The position numbers and the translations under genes are program-made. From positions 1 through 64,000 of the IMG/VR virus record IMGVR_UViG_3300023184_000088: a DNA stretch of 64,000 nt. One strand, 5' to 3'. Every line of letters begins with the position of its first letter. Within the stretch, counting starts at the first letter, position 1. The notes under the pieces are model-generated. The model was given only the letters and a program-made list of their open reading frames with translations, ran no database searches and was not told where the DNA came from. The DNA is from an uncultured virus (IMG/VR IMGVR_UViG_3300023184_000088) (taxonomy: Duplodnaviria > Heunggongvirae > Uroviricota > Caudoviricetes). Below are positions 20,842 to 30,465 of the stretch, piece after piece.

Positions 20842-22764
20842 ATGGGGTTAGATTTAAACTTTGACTATAATTCTGTTCAAAATAAAATAAATGCGACAAA
20901 GTCATATACCGATTTAAAAGGTCAGTATGATAATACCACTAAAAAAGCTGGAGAATCGTTTGAGAATGCAAAATCAGACATTACCGGTCAAATTCAAAAT
21001 TTAAAAAATCAATCTAAAAGATATCAAAAAGAGATTAAAACTCAACTTGAACAACTATTAGACATTAATAAAATTACCGGTGGTAAAGGGAGTAATTCAA
21101 CTAGATATGTTAAAAGATTATTTTTAACAGCCCTTAAAAATATTGAACCTAAAATTGCTAAAATTTTATCTGAAGAGGCGTTAAATGCTGTTGGATGTGA
21201 CCAACAGCAATCTTTTAGTGCTCAAACTATATACATTAAAGTTAAATCAATTGATTTGATTAATCTTTTAAAATTATCTCCAACTGAAGATGATGGAAAA
21301 CCATTGTACGAAAAACAACAAATAGATGTACAAAATTATCCATTTGCGATGAATAAAGAACTATATGAATTAATTCAAAATGGTAACCCATATTCAACAA
21401 CTAATGGTCAATTATATAAAGGGCAATCGGGACAAAATTTATTTGACATTCAATATGTTGAACAGGATAATTTTTTTGTTACCGGACCGTGGTATAAAAT
21501 AACATTACAAGACCGTATTGGGATTGGTGGAGGAACACCAAATAAAGTTGGTGAATTTATGGTGGATTATTTTAAAACAATTAAAGTTGTTGATACCACA
21601 AATATAATGGCAAATATTATGGAAGCTTTGTCGGGAGCAATCTCAATTAAAGCCAACGCAGGTATTGGTCAAATTGGTGACCAAACTAAATTTGGCTCAA
21701 TTGTTCAAAGAATATTGGGGTTATGTTTTGATAACAGAAAAGAAATTGATGTTAGTGGAATTGCCAAATTAGCTGATTTAGATGGAGTTGATGAATCATT
21801 TTTTGAATTTAACGAAATTGATTTAAGGAAAATAGAACAGACAATCACAAATATAAAAAATGGGGTTATTGAATTTGAAGGGTGTGATAACATTAAAGTA
21901 CCTGTGAATGCAAACGCAATTTTTGAAGATTTAAATAATTTAAATTTTGTTTCCGATAATGATTTGGTTGATGCAATGGATAATCTAACCAATTCGTTAA
22001 TTAATGACCCAGTATGGGGATTATCACCTCAAATAGACGTACAAGCAGCCGTTGATTTTAGTTTTATAAAATTAATGTGTCAAGGTATTGCATCATCATT
22101 ATTATCACCAAAAATATTATTACCAATTTACATTATGTTAAAATCTTTAGGTCAATCTGCGGTTGATTTAATTAATTCTTTTATGGCTTTTATTAAAGAG
22201 TTTAAGAAATTCGCTATTAATGTTATCTCAAAAGTTGGTGCAATATTTATCGAAGAATTATTTGAGTTAATTAAAAAAGATATAATGGCATTAATTCAGA
22301 AAGTAATTACTGATTTAATCAAAGAAAAAATTGATAAAAGATTAACGATGATTTTAAAATTAGTACAATTATTATTAATTGTGTCAAGTTTTATTAGTGA
22401 TTGGAGACGATGTAAAAGCGTTGTTGATGAAATATTATCAATGTTATCGTTAATAACATCATCAATACCTGGTCTTGGTGGTGGAATACCATTACCATTA
22501 TTATTCGCTTCACAACTATTAGACGGGTATTCAGCATCAAGAGCTTTTATTGGTTCTATTGAGGAATTCCAAAAAATTGGGGTTCCAACAGGTGCATTAC
22601 CAGATGGGAGCCCAAATTTAGATATATTGTCAAAATTTGGCCAAATGAGAGCCATGGCAAATGAAGAAGATTCAAATGGTAAATTAGAGATAGCTATAGG
22701 ACCATTAACAATGACACCTGCAGGTTTAACTATCCCATCCAAAGCCACCGGAAAAAAAATATAA
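20842..22764 (+). CDS. Hypothetical protein (putative structural)
   Basis: 640-aa ORF next to the baseplate-spike-like gene. Confidence 0.7.
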   Translation: MGLDLNFDYNSVQNKINATKSYTDLKGQYDNTTKKAGESFENAKSDITGQIQNLKNQSKRYQKEIKTQLEQLLDINKITGGKGSNSTRYVKRLFLTALKNIEPKIAKILSEEALNAVGCDQQQSFSAQTIYIKVKSIDLINLLKLSPTEDDGKPLYEKQQIDVQNYPFAMNKELYELIQNGNPYSTTNGQLYKGQSGQNLFDIQYVEQDNFFVTGPWYKITLQDRIGIGGGTPNKVGEFMVDYFKTIKVVDTTNIMANIMEALSGAISIKANAGIGQIGDQTKFGSIVQRILGLCFDNRKEIDVSGIAKLADLDGVDESFFEFNEIDLRKIEQTITNIKNGVIEFEGCDNIKVPVNANAIFEDLNNLNFVSDNDLVDAMDNLTNSLINDPVWGLSPQIDVQAAVDFSFIKLMCQGIASSLLSPKILLPIYIMLKSLGQSAVDLINSFMAFIKEFKKFAINVISKVGAIFIEELFELIKKDIMALIQKVITDLIKEKIDKRLTMILKLVQLLLIVSSFISDWRRCKSVVDEILSMLSLITSSIPGLGGGIPLPLLFASQLLDGYSASRAFIGSIEEFQKIGVPTGALPDGSPNLDILSKFGQMRAMANEEDSNGKLEIAIGPLTMTPAGLTIPSKATGKKI

Positions 22765-22766
22765 TT

Positions 22767-22982
22767 ATGACAAAAATAGAAGAATCAGAAAAGGCGTTAG
22801 ATATTATAAAAAATTATAAATCTTCATCAAACAAAGATTTAATTTTTGTTATGGATTTTATTCAAGAAGATTTTAAATTAACAAAAGAAACTATTATAAA
22901 ATTAACAGAACATTTAGATAAGGTTGAGATTACTTATAACACAATTCTAAAAGAATATCAAAAAAGAACAAACACTAAATAA
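22767..22982 (+). CDS. Hypothetical protein
   Basis: 71-aa ORF in operon. Confidence 0.65.
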   Translation: MTKIEESEKALDIIKNYKSSSNKDLIFVMDFIQEDFKLTKETIIKLTEHLDKVEITYNTILKEYQKRTNTK

Positions 22983-24559
22983 TGCAAATAGATAGTCAAA
23001 ATAAGTATCAAATATTATTTGCTGGTAGAGTATATGATGACCAAGACCCCACTATGCTTGGTCGTTTACGTGTTTTACCTGAAAGTAAAGATTATTCAGC
23101 CATAATAGGTGCTGTTCCAGATTGGGATGAAGAGATTGATAAATGGACAATTAAAGACCCAATTGTTTTTATACCATTATTACCTTTCTACTTTAGTCAA
23201 ACACCTAAAATTGATGAATATGTTCATATAATTTATATGAACAAAAAATTTCCAAATCAGAATCAATTTTATATTCAAGGACCATTTTCTTCACCAACAA
23301 AAACATCGTTTGAACAATTTAATGCTGCTCAAACATTTTTAGCATCTGGTGATAAAATAAAAGAGGGGATATCAATTAAAAATCAAAATGGTGAATATAG
23401 AAACCCAACTTTAAATAAGGGTATTTATCCTGAACCAGGCGATAACGCTTTATTGGGTAGAGGTTCTGCTGATGTCGTTGTAAAACAAAATGAGGTATTA
23501 ATTCGTGCGGGTAAATCAAAACCTCTTACTGGTGCATTACCTGAAGTTAACACAAAAAGGGGATTTTTACAATTATCTAATTTCTCAACAGAAGAAATTC
23601 CAGGTAATCCAACTTTAGATACTAGATTTGAAGAGGTTGTTGACATGGTTAAAAAAATGATAATATGGGATATAACAACATTAGAAAGTAATTCTAATTT
23701 TACGGGAACTGTTAGTTTACATAATGTAATACCAAGTATATCTGTTAACACTAAAAATTTTAGACCTGAAAGTATAACTACATTAAGTATTGGAACTAAT
23801 TATACAAACGCTATTGAGAATTATTCATTTGTTGGGGAATCTTTTGAAAGTTGTGTTAATAAAATTAATACTTTTATTACATCGGTTTTTAATGGTCGCA
23901 TTAATATTCCGGGTTATGCTGTTAGAAACCCTCAAAATTTTGCTGAAGGGGCTAATTTACCTTTAATTGTTACACCATCAAAATTATCGTATGAATTAGG
24001 TAATAATTTTACAGCAACTAAAACTAGTGGTGATATTACCATATTAACAAATTATCTTAAATTTTATTCTAAAATTAAATGTAATTCAACACAAACTAAA
24101 ACCGGTTTTTTTTTAATATCAACTAGAAACTCAAAAGGTACACCATTTATAGGACCACAGTTTGATAAAAAAGAAGAAATTTCAATATTAAACAATTTTC
24201 ATAATTCTGATATAACTTATGGAATATTAGGTAGTCAAAGGGTTTATTTATTATCTCACGATTCCACAGGACCAAAAGGTTTGATTGATTTATCTGATAC
24301 TCTTTATGGTATTCCCCAAGATAGATTTGTTAGAGGTGAGGGAAGTATTCTCAATAAAACTTATCCTGTTGTTAGAGGAGACCAATTGATGATATTACTC
24401 CGAAAAATGTTTGCATTTGTTACCGGTCATGTACATCCAACGGCAACAATGGCACCAGTTCCAGTGGCATCCGGTAATGGACAAACTAGTTTTGAGGTAG
24501 AAAGTATTTTAGCCAATGCGGAAAATGACATACTAAATCAAAATATTCGAATTAATTGA
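22982..24559 (+). CDS. Baseplate hub/central spike protein (gp5/VgrG-like)
   Basis: N-terminal GRVYDDQDPTMLGRLRV (gp5 OB-fold-like) and C-terminal HVH metal-binding spike motif. Confidence 0.7.
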   Translation: MQIDSQNKYQILFAGRVYDDQDPTMLGRLRVLPESKDYSAIIGAVPDWDEEIDKWTIKDPIVFIPLLPFYFSQTPKIDEYVHIIYMNKKFPNQNQFYIQGPFSSPTKTSFEQFNAAQTFLASGDKIKEGISIKNQNGEYRNPTLNKGIYPEPGDNALLGRGSADVVVKQNEVLIRAGKSKPLTGALPEVNTKRGFLQLSNFSTEEIPGNPTLDTRFEEVVDMVKKMIIWDITTLESNSNFTGTVSLHNVIPSISVNTKNFRPESITTLSIGTNYTNAIENYSFVGESFESCVNKINTFITSVFNGRINIPGYAVRNPQNFAEGANLPLIVTPSKLSYELGNNFTATKTSGDITILTNYLKFYSKIKCNSTQTKTGFFLISTRNSKGTPFIGPQFDKKEEISILNNFHNSDITYGILGSQRVYLLSHDSTGPKGLIDLSDTLYGIPQDRFVRGEGSILNKTYPVVRGDQLMILLRKMFAFVTGHVHPTATMAPVPVASGNGQTSFEVESILANAENDILNQNIRIN

Positions 24560-24581
24560 TATTTATAAGTAAAACACTTAA

Positions 24582-26063
24582 ATGTCAATTAATAACTCGT
24601 ATTTTAGCAAGAACAATACCCTTACTTCAAATAGTTTTGTAAATACTGGAAGAAACCCAGTTACTGAGCTTTTTTATGGTTCAGTTATTAGTTCTCAATA
24701 CCCAAACGGGTATAGTAGATTTATCTTTGATTTAGATTTAACCTTATTAACTCAAAAAGTTTCTGATGGTACAATAAGTTTAAATTGTGATGAATTACCT
24801 ACACATACTTTAAGAATGGTAAACACCTCATCATTTAATGAAGAATTATTAAATACTACCACATCTCAAGGTAGAATGAGAGCGACATCGTTTGATTTAA
24901 TTTTATTTAGAATACCGTATATTGATAACGACCCTGACCAACCTCAAGTTTGGGATGAAGGTGTTGGTTACGATTTCGCTGATTTAATTTATGATTATAG
25001 TCCATCGGATAAAAACTTTTCTGATAGAGCATCAAATTGGTTTCAAACAACGACTATTGGTACTTGGGAAGAAGAAGGTTTATATAATAATCAAAATCTT
25101 GGTAATGTTCCTTATAGTGGTTTAACAATTGTTGATACACAACATTTTGAATTTGGTGATGAGAATATTAGTTTTAATATGTCTAACGAAATAAATGCAA
25201 TTTTATTTGGACAAAGTCAGTTAACTAATGTATCTGGATGGGGTATTGCTTACAAACCACAAGTTGAGAACTTAACGGGATTAACCGATAACTACGAAGT
25301 TCAATTTTTTACTCGTCATACACAAACATTCTACGAACCATTTTTAGAAACATCTTACGATGATTTAATTGAGGATGATAGAAACTCTTTTAGTTTGGGT
25401 AAAGTTAACAAATTATACTTATATCTTTTTGATAATGGCAATCCAATTAATTTAGATAATAACCCAATTGTAGATATTTTAGATATGACAGGTACTGAAA
25501 TACCTGGTTTAATTGGTCTTGAGACTTGCCAAAAAACTAAAGGTGTTTATGAAGTTATTATTCCACCTCTTTTAGGTTATAAAACTCCTTGTACTTTTTC
25601 AGATAGATGGTATGATTTAAATTTAAATGGATTTGAATTACCTCAAATGACTAATGATTTTGTTATATACCCATTAAAAAACTCAATTCAAATGGGGGTT
25701 GTTTCATCTGAACCTAAATTATATGGTTTTGACTTTTATGGTTTAAAACAAGATGAGAAAATATATAATACCGACATGAGAAAAGTTGGTGTGGTTATTA
25801 AACAAGCATACTCAACACAAAAATTATTACAAAATGTTAGTGCGTATTATAGAATTTATGTTAGAGAAGGACAAACTGAAGTTCAAGTTCAAGATTGGAC
25901 AAAAATAAACAGAACCCCCAATGAATATTATTTTATGTTTGACACAAGAGATAAAATCCCTAACGAATATTATGTGGATATGAAGGTCATTAGCAGTGGG
26001 GAAATAAATACTTACAAAAAACAAATTAAATTTCAGATTGTTAATGTGAAGTATTTGGAATAG
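24582..26063 (+). CDS. Putative virion structural protein
   Basis: 493 aa, beta-rich, TATTTAT motif upstream. Confidence 0.65.
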   Translation: MSINNSYFSKNNTLTSNSFVNTGRNPVTELFYGSVISSQYPNGYSRFIFDLDLTLLTQKVSDGTISLNCDELPTHTLRMVNTSSFNEELLNTTTSQGRMRATSFDLILFRIPYIDNDPDQPQVWDEGVGYDFADLIYDYSPSDKNFSDRASNWFQTTTIGTWEEEGLYNNQNLGNVPYSGLTIVDTQHFEFGDENISFNMSNEINAILFGQSQLTNVSGWGIAYKPQVENLTGLTDNYEVQFFTRHTQTFYEPFLETSYDDLIEDDRNSFSLGKVNKLYLYLFDNGNPINLDNNPIVDILDMTGTEIPGLIGLETCQKTKGVYEVIIPPLLGYKTPCTFSDRWYDLNLNGFELPQMTNDFVIYPLKNSIQMGVVSSEPKLYGFDFYGLKQDEKIYNTDMRKVGVVIKQAYSTQKLLQNVSAYYRIYVREGQTEVQVQDWTKINRTPNEYYFMFDTRDKIPNEYYVDMKVISSGEINTYKKQIKFQIVNVKYLE

Positions 26064-26087
26064 TTAGATATTTATAAATAAAAAATT

Positions 26088-26453
26088 ATGGCAAATATAT
26101 ATTACTCAGGAACATCTTGTGTTGATAGTTCACCAATTGAGATTATTTCGGTTGAGGGTTTGTTAACCGGAAAAACATATCAAGATTTTAGTTTAAATTG
26201 TGTTTCATTAACATATAGTGCATCTACAACCGGAGAAACTAACACAACATTCTTATATGGTCCATTCGACGATTGTACCGAGTGTAACGCTCCGCTATCA
26301 GCGGGAACTGAATATAATGTATGTGATTTAGATTGTAGTGGTAATACTATCTCTATAACGCCCCCTCACCCAACTTACACAAATGAGTTTGGTAAAGCTG
26401 TGGTAGAATTAAACTCTGTCGCATTAGGAGGAATAAATGGATTAAACAATTAA
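26088..26453 (+). CDS. Small Cys-containing putative virion protein
   Basis: 121-aa ORF. Confidence 0.65.
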   Translation: MANIYYSGTSCVDSSPIEIISVEGLLTGKTYQDFSLNCVSLTYSASTTGETNTTFLYGPFDDCTECNAPLSAGTEYNVCDLDCSGNTISITPPHPTYTNEFGKAVVELNSVALGGINGLNN

Positions 26454-26468
26454 AAATAAATAAAAATT

Positions 26469-26810
26469 ATGTTATACTTACAAATTACACCAGCAGCTGA
26501 AAAAACAACACAAGTAACCCCTTTTTCAGCAATTACTGAATCCGCAGACTTAATGTTTGCTGTGGCAAGACCATACACATTAGGAGCGTCAAGAGTTAAC
26601 TTCCAAGTAACTTTTGGAAATGGAACTATCGCCGATAATCAAGTGTCCGATTTTGTGGAATTATTAAACACAAATGTTGTGTTAACTAGTGAAGAATTTT
26701 CTAATTGGGGTACCGACGATTCAGTTATATTAGAAACTATAGCGACTAAATTAGGTACAACATCTTTAGGTGTTTATACCTCATCTCCACAACAAGGAAA
26801 CAATTTTTAA
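26469..26810 (+). CDS. Hypothetical protein
   Basis: 113-aa ORF. Confidence 0.65.
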   Translation: MLYLQITPAAEKTTQVTPFSAITESADLMFAVARPYTLGASRVNFQVTFGNGTIADNQVSDFVELLNTNVVLTSEEFSNWGTDDSVILETIATKLGTTSLGVYTSSPQQGNNF

Positions 26811-26879
26811 TTAAAAGTTTAATTTTTCTTTTTTATATCATTTTTATTCTTATCTTTGTCGAATAATATAAAAATAAAA

Positions 26880-27290
26880 ATGATGAGAATTTTAAGGAGA
26901 TTAAGAAAAAAAATTAATTATAAGATTGTTAAATTCTTCAGAAATTTAACAAGTGGTGATAGACCAATACTTGAGGATAATGAGAGAATCTGTACATCTG
27001 TATGTAGGAAATTAATTAATCACCCAAATTCTAAATTTTTAATAGCCCCCCTCTCAATGAAGAGGTACATTAAAAATAGTGAGTTAGAATTGTTTATTGT
27101 TTTACAAGATAGACAAATTAGTATCACTAACCACGTATATCATTATGATGTTGTTATTAGTAATAGAAATTGGGAAAGAATTACAAATATGTACGATAAT
27201 AAAACCGAGAAAATTAGACAAGAATTTGAAAATGAAATGAGTTCTCAAATAAAACATTCTTTATCAACGATACTATCTAAATTAGATTAG
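26880..27290 (+). CDS. Hypothetical protein
   Basis: ATG at 26880 downstream of host-type promoter TATCTTTG (26851-26858). Confidence 0.65.
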   Translation: MMRILRRLRKKINYKIVKFFRNLTSGDRPILEDNERICTSVCRKLINHPNSKFLIAPLSMKRYIKNSELELFIVLQDRQISITNHVYHYDVVISNRNWERITNMYDNKTEKIRQEFENEMSSQIKHSLSTILSKLD

Positions 27291-27317
27291 TGTTTTTCAG
27301 ATAAAACCTTTTTAATT

Positions 27318-27349
27318 AAATCCCTTAACGATTCGTTTTGGGATTTTTT
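27318..27349 (+). terminator. Terminator between convergent genes
   Basis: AAATCCC...GGGATTT then T-tract. Confidence 0.6.
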
Positions 27350-27350
27350 A

Positions 27351-28349
27351 TTAAAACATATCTTCAAGTCTATACAAATGTTGTTTAACAATATCTAAAT
27401 CACTTATATCGGTAAAGGTCATACCTTGTTTTTTTAATTTCTGAACTTGAGTGTGCAATTGTGTCATCATCTGTTTAACAGCTGAAGACATCATAGGGTA
27501 GTTTGTAACCATTTGGTCTAACTGATAATACTCATTAGGTAATCCTAAACCTTTCCCAATTTTATTAACCCAATTTTTGCCATAATTATCAGCATCCATT
27601 TCCATATCCCAATAAATTTTGTAGAACTCTTCAAAGTCCTCAATATCCCCCATATAGGAATCGGCCAAATCAAACTCACTCATTTGTTGTTCGTGTTTTA
27701 ATTCGTGAAATAAAACATAAACGAACCCTGCTAAATTAGGTATTGTGTCCGGAGAACATAAAATGATTGAATCTCTTGTACGAACACCTCTATATCCTGT
27801 CTGACATCCATTAATAACTTTTATGTTAAATCCTCGGTCTTGTATAAAGTCCTTTATCTTATTAAACATAACATCAAGTTTATGGTGATACTCTTGAGGT
27901 ATCTTACTTTTAAATTTGTCAATTACTCTATCGTAATTAGAGGGTGTTTTTAGAGCGTTTGGGACAATATCTTCTAAAATGGTGTCTTTGGTTATCTCAA
28001 ACCATTCCGTTACAATAGGGACTATCCCCTTCTTCTTACCGGGGGTTTGATTGATATTGTTTCCATCGTCATCACTCGCAGTTAGATTGGGATGTTTTTC
28101 CATATACTTGGAAATTTTTTTAGCTTTAGACTCAATCTTTTTGATTTGTTTTTTTGGTTCATCCATAGACCCATCATAACTATCATACTCCAACATCGCA
28201 TCATCATACTTAGATACAGGGATGTTAAACGGTTGCATATCAGATTTTTTAAATATTCTAATTCCCGGTTGCATAGGAGCAATATATGAACCTCTACCCC
28301 CACTTCCATCAGATGATGCCTCGTTAATATGTATTTTATTATTTTTCAT
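27351..28349 (-). CDS. Protein with C-terminal zincin-like HExxH metallopeptidase domain
   Basis: VLFHELKHEQQ followed by EMDADNY. Confidence 0.6.
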   Translation of the reverse strand: MKNNKIHINEASSDGSGGRGSYIAPMQPGIRIFKKSDMQPFNIPVSKYDDAMLEYDSYDGSMDEPKKQIKKIESKAKKISKYMEKHPNLTASDDDGNNINQTPGKKKGIVPIVTEWFEITKDTILEDIVPNALKTPSNYDRVIDKFKSKIPQEYHHKLDVMFNKIKDFIQDRGFNIKVINGCQTGYRGVRTRDSIILCSPDTIPNLAGFVYVLFHELKHEQQMSEFDLADSYMGDIEDFEEFYKIYWDMEMDADNYGKNWVNKIGKGLGLPNEYYQLDQMVTNYPMMSSAVKQMMTQLHTQVQKLKKQGMTFTDISDLDIVKQHLYRLEDMF

Positions 28350-28381
28350 AGTATAATTATAAATATCTTATATAATTAAAT

Positions 28382-28618
28382 ATGGAACAACAACCTGAAA
28401 TATTCGGAAAACTATTTGAATCAATCCCCCTACACACTGAAGAACACTTAGATATTCTTTTAGACACTATGGATAATGATAGAGCTAACTACTTTTTAAT
28501 ACAAGCCGTTAAATATGCCTTTCATTCCGGAATATACTCTCTCGGTGAAGCTGAAGTGATTTCTAAATCAATTAGGGTTTTATCTAAAAAAGATATAGAA
28601 AAAGTTGTGGAGGAATAA
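28382..28618 (+). CDS. Hypothetical protein
   Basis: 78-aa ORF. Confidence 0.65.
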   Translation: MEQQPEIFGKLFESIPLHTEEHLDILLDTMDNDRANYFLIQAVKYAFHSGIYSLGEAEVISKSIRVLSKKDIEKVVEE

Positions 28619-28622
28619 TTTA

Positions 28623-30332
28623 TTATAATTCTAATCGATATTTAAATAACCCACAATCCCATATTTTGTCATAACCCAGTTCAGATGTGAGTTCTTTTTC
28701 CGTTTTATTATAGTCTAAATCCGGAAATCTTTTTTTAAGATTATTTTTACCAAATCCAAATTTATGAAATCTTTTATATTTACTAATTTTTGAATTATAA
28801 TAATAATAATTTGGTTTTGTTATTGATACTAAATTAAACCCCAAATTAGTATATAGATTATTTTCCGGATTAATTGTCCATCTTCTATCCGCAAAACTAA
28901 TTATTGATGTTGGGTTATACTCATTAATAAAATGTTTAATAAATTTAGAGGCTAACCCTCTAATTAAATAATTTTGTTTTGTTGCGTATCGACTTAATTC
29001 AAATTCACCGTCATTATTTTTAGTCATATTTCTATGACTATTAAATGTTATAACACCAACTAATTCATTATTATAATACGCCCCGTAATATATGTTTGAC
29101 TTATCGGTGCCTTGTATATGATTATTATTTAAAAAAAATGTTTTATCTTCTAAATTTATTTTTTTAATGACAACATTTCTACCACCAATTTTAACACCAT
29201 CATTCACATTTAATAAATGTTTTAATTTTGATTTAACTAATTCAGTATTTACAACCCATTCATCCTCAAAAATATGTATTAATTTATACCCTATTTGATT
29301 ACACTCTATTGTTTTATTTAGATGATATGATGAAGTTTTTCCCATTTTTTCTGTGTGATAATATAATCCATCATACTCAATACAAATATTGGTACCATCA
29401 ACAATCAAATCAATTTCTTTACCATCTAATAATTTACGATTTTTACCTTTATTAACCATAAACCCAACACTTTCAATAAACTCTTTAATCTCCGTCTCAC
29501 CTTTTGATGTCCAAGTAGGTGTCATATTAATGTTTGTTAGTTTCGCTAAATCACTTAAACATTCAGAAATAGATGTTGAAACTATTTTTTCATTAGGATA
29601 TTTTAATTTATATTCTAATGTTGTGATATTATGTTTATTTTTTAAATGAGTGTTTGATATACTTTTCATTTTTTCGCCACAAATTTTACAAATAACATAA
29701 TTTTTACTTTTAGATAAAAATTTGGTTAATTCTGTTTTTTTTATATAATTTGGGTGATGTTTAATATCTTCAGGGAATTTTAATAAATAATCGTCTAATG
29801 TTATTTTATGAGATTTACTTATATGTGTCTCAAAACAACCTGTTTTATTTGAAGTGTCTTCTGTTACCCATTCACATAATTTACATTTTCTTGTAGGAGA
29901 ATTTTCAATCTTAATTATGTTGAAATATTCCTCAAACCACTTTTTGTTGTTAATTAATTCGTATTTTTTTCTTTGGTAAGTATTGGATGGAATCCATACA
30001 TCTCCATATAACTCAATAATATGTTTGGTTAATTTACCGGATAAATTATTGGGGTCTTTAATTACTACATTAGTTTTTTTACATTGTGCAATTAATTCGT
30101 GGGTATCTGATGTTGTGTATAAATTAGATTTTGTAGATTCAATTTCAAAACTATTACCCATTTGGTTTTGACCACCCTTTTTATTAATCACAACATTATT
30201 TTCTTTTAATATTTGACTAATTTTTTTATGACCAACTTTAAATTTTTCAGCTAATTTATGAGTACTCGGAATTTCAGTTTGATATAATTCAATAATATTA
30301 ATCATATTTTCAGGGGTTAATTTGGTTTTCAT
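28623..30332 (-). CDS. Putative free-standing homing endonuclease: Zn fingers + PD-(D/E)xK nuclease + GNAT/Mom-like domain
   Basis: CKLC...H, CKICGEKMKSISNTHLKNKH; EIDL...IEYDGLYYH; ELSRYAT...ISFADRRW...LYTNLGF...IWDCG. Confidence 0.7.
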   Translation of the reverse strand: MKTKLTPENMINIIELYQTEIPSTHKLAEKFKVGHKKISQILKENNVVINKKGGQNQMGNSFEIESTKSNLYTTSDTHELIAQCKKTNVVIKDPNNLSGKLTKHIIELYGDVWIPSNTYQRKKYELINNKKWFEEYFNIIKIENSPTRKCKLCEWVTEDTSNKTGCFETHISKSHKITLDDYLLKFPEDIKHHPNYIKKTELTKFLSKSKNYVICKICGEKMKSISNTHLKNKHNITTLEYKLKYPNEKIVSTSISECLSDLAKLTNINMTPTWTSKGETEIKEFIESVGFMVNKGKNRKLLDGKEIDLIVDGTNICIEYDGLYYHTEKMGKTSSYHLNKTIECNQIGYKLIHIFEDEWVVNTELVKSKLKHLLNVNDGVKIGGRNVVIKKINLEDKTFFLNNNHIQGTDKSNIYYGAYYNNELVGVITFNSHRNMTKNNDGEFELSRYATKQNYLIRGLASKFIKHFINEYNPTSIISFADRRWTINPENNLYTNLGFNLVSITKPNYYYYNSKISKYKRFHKFGFGKNNLKKRFPDLDYNKTEKELTSELGYDKIWDCGLFKYRLEL

Positions 30333-30413
30333 AGTATCATATTTATATAAATATAATAATAATTATTTAAAAATCAAATCATAATCCATTTATTTTTAAC
30401 CCATTCTATAAAT

Positions 30414-30442
30414 AAAAAAAGAGGACTATATGTCCTCTTTTT
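30414..30442 (-). terminator. Terminator after major capsid gene
   Basis: AAAAGAGGAC tatat GTCCTCTTTT hairpin with A/T tracts. Confidence 0.85.
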
Positions 30443-30465
30443 GTTAAATATAATAAGATTTTTGA

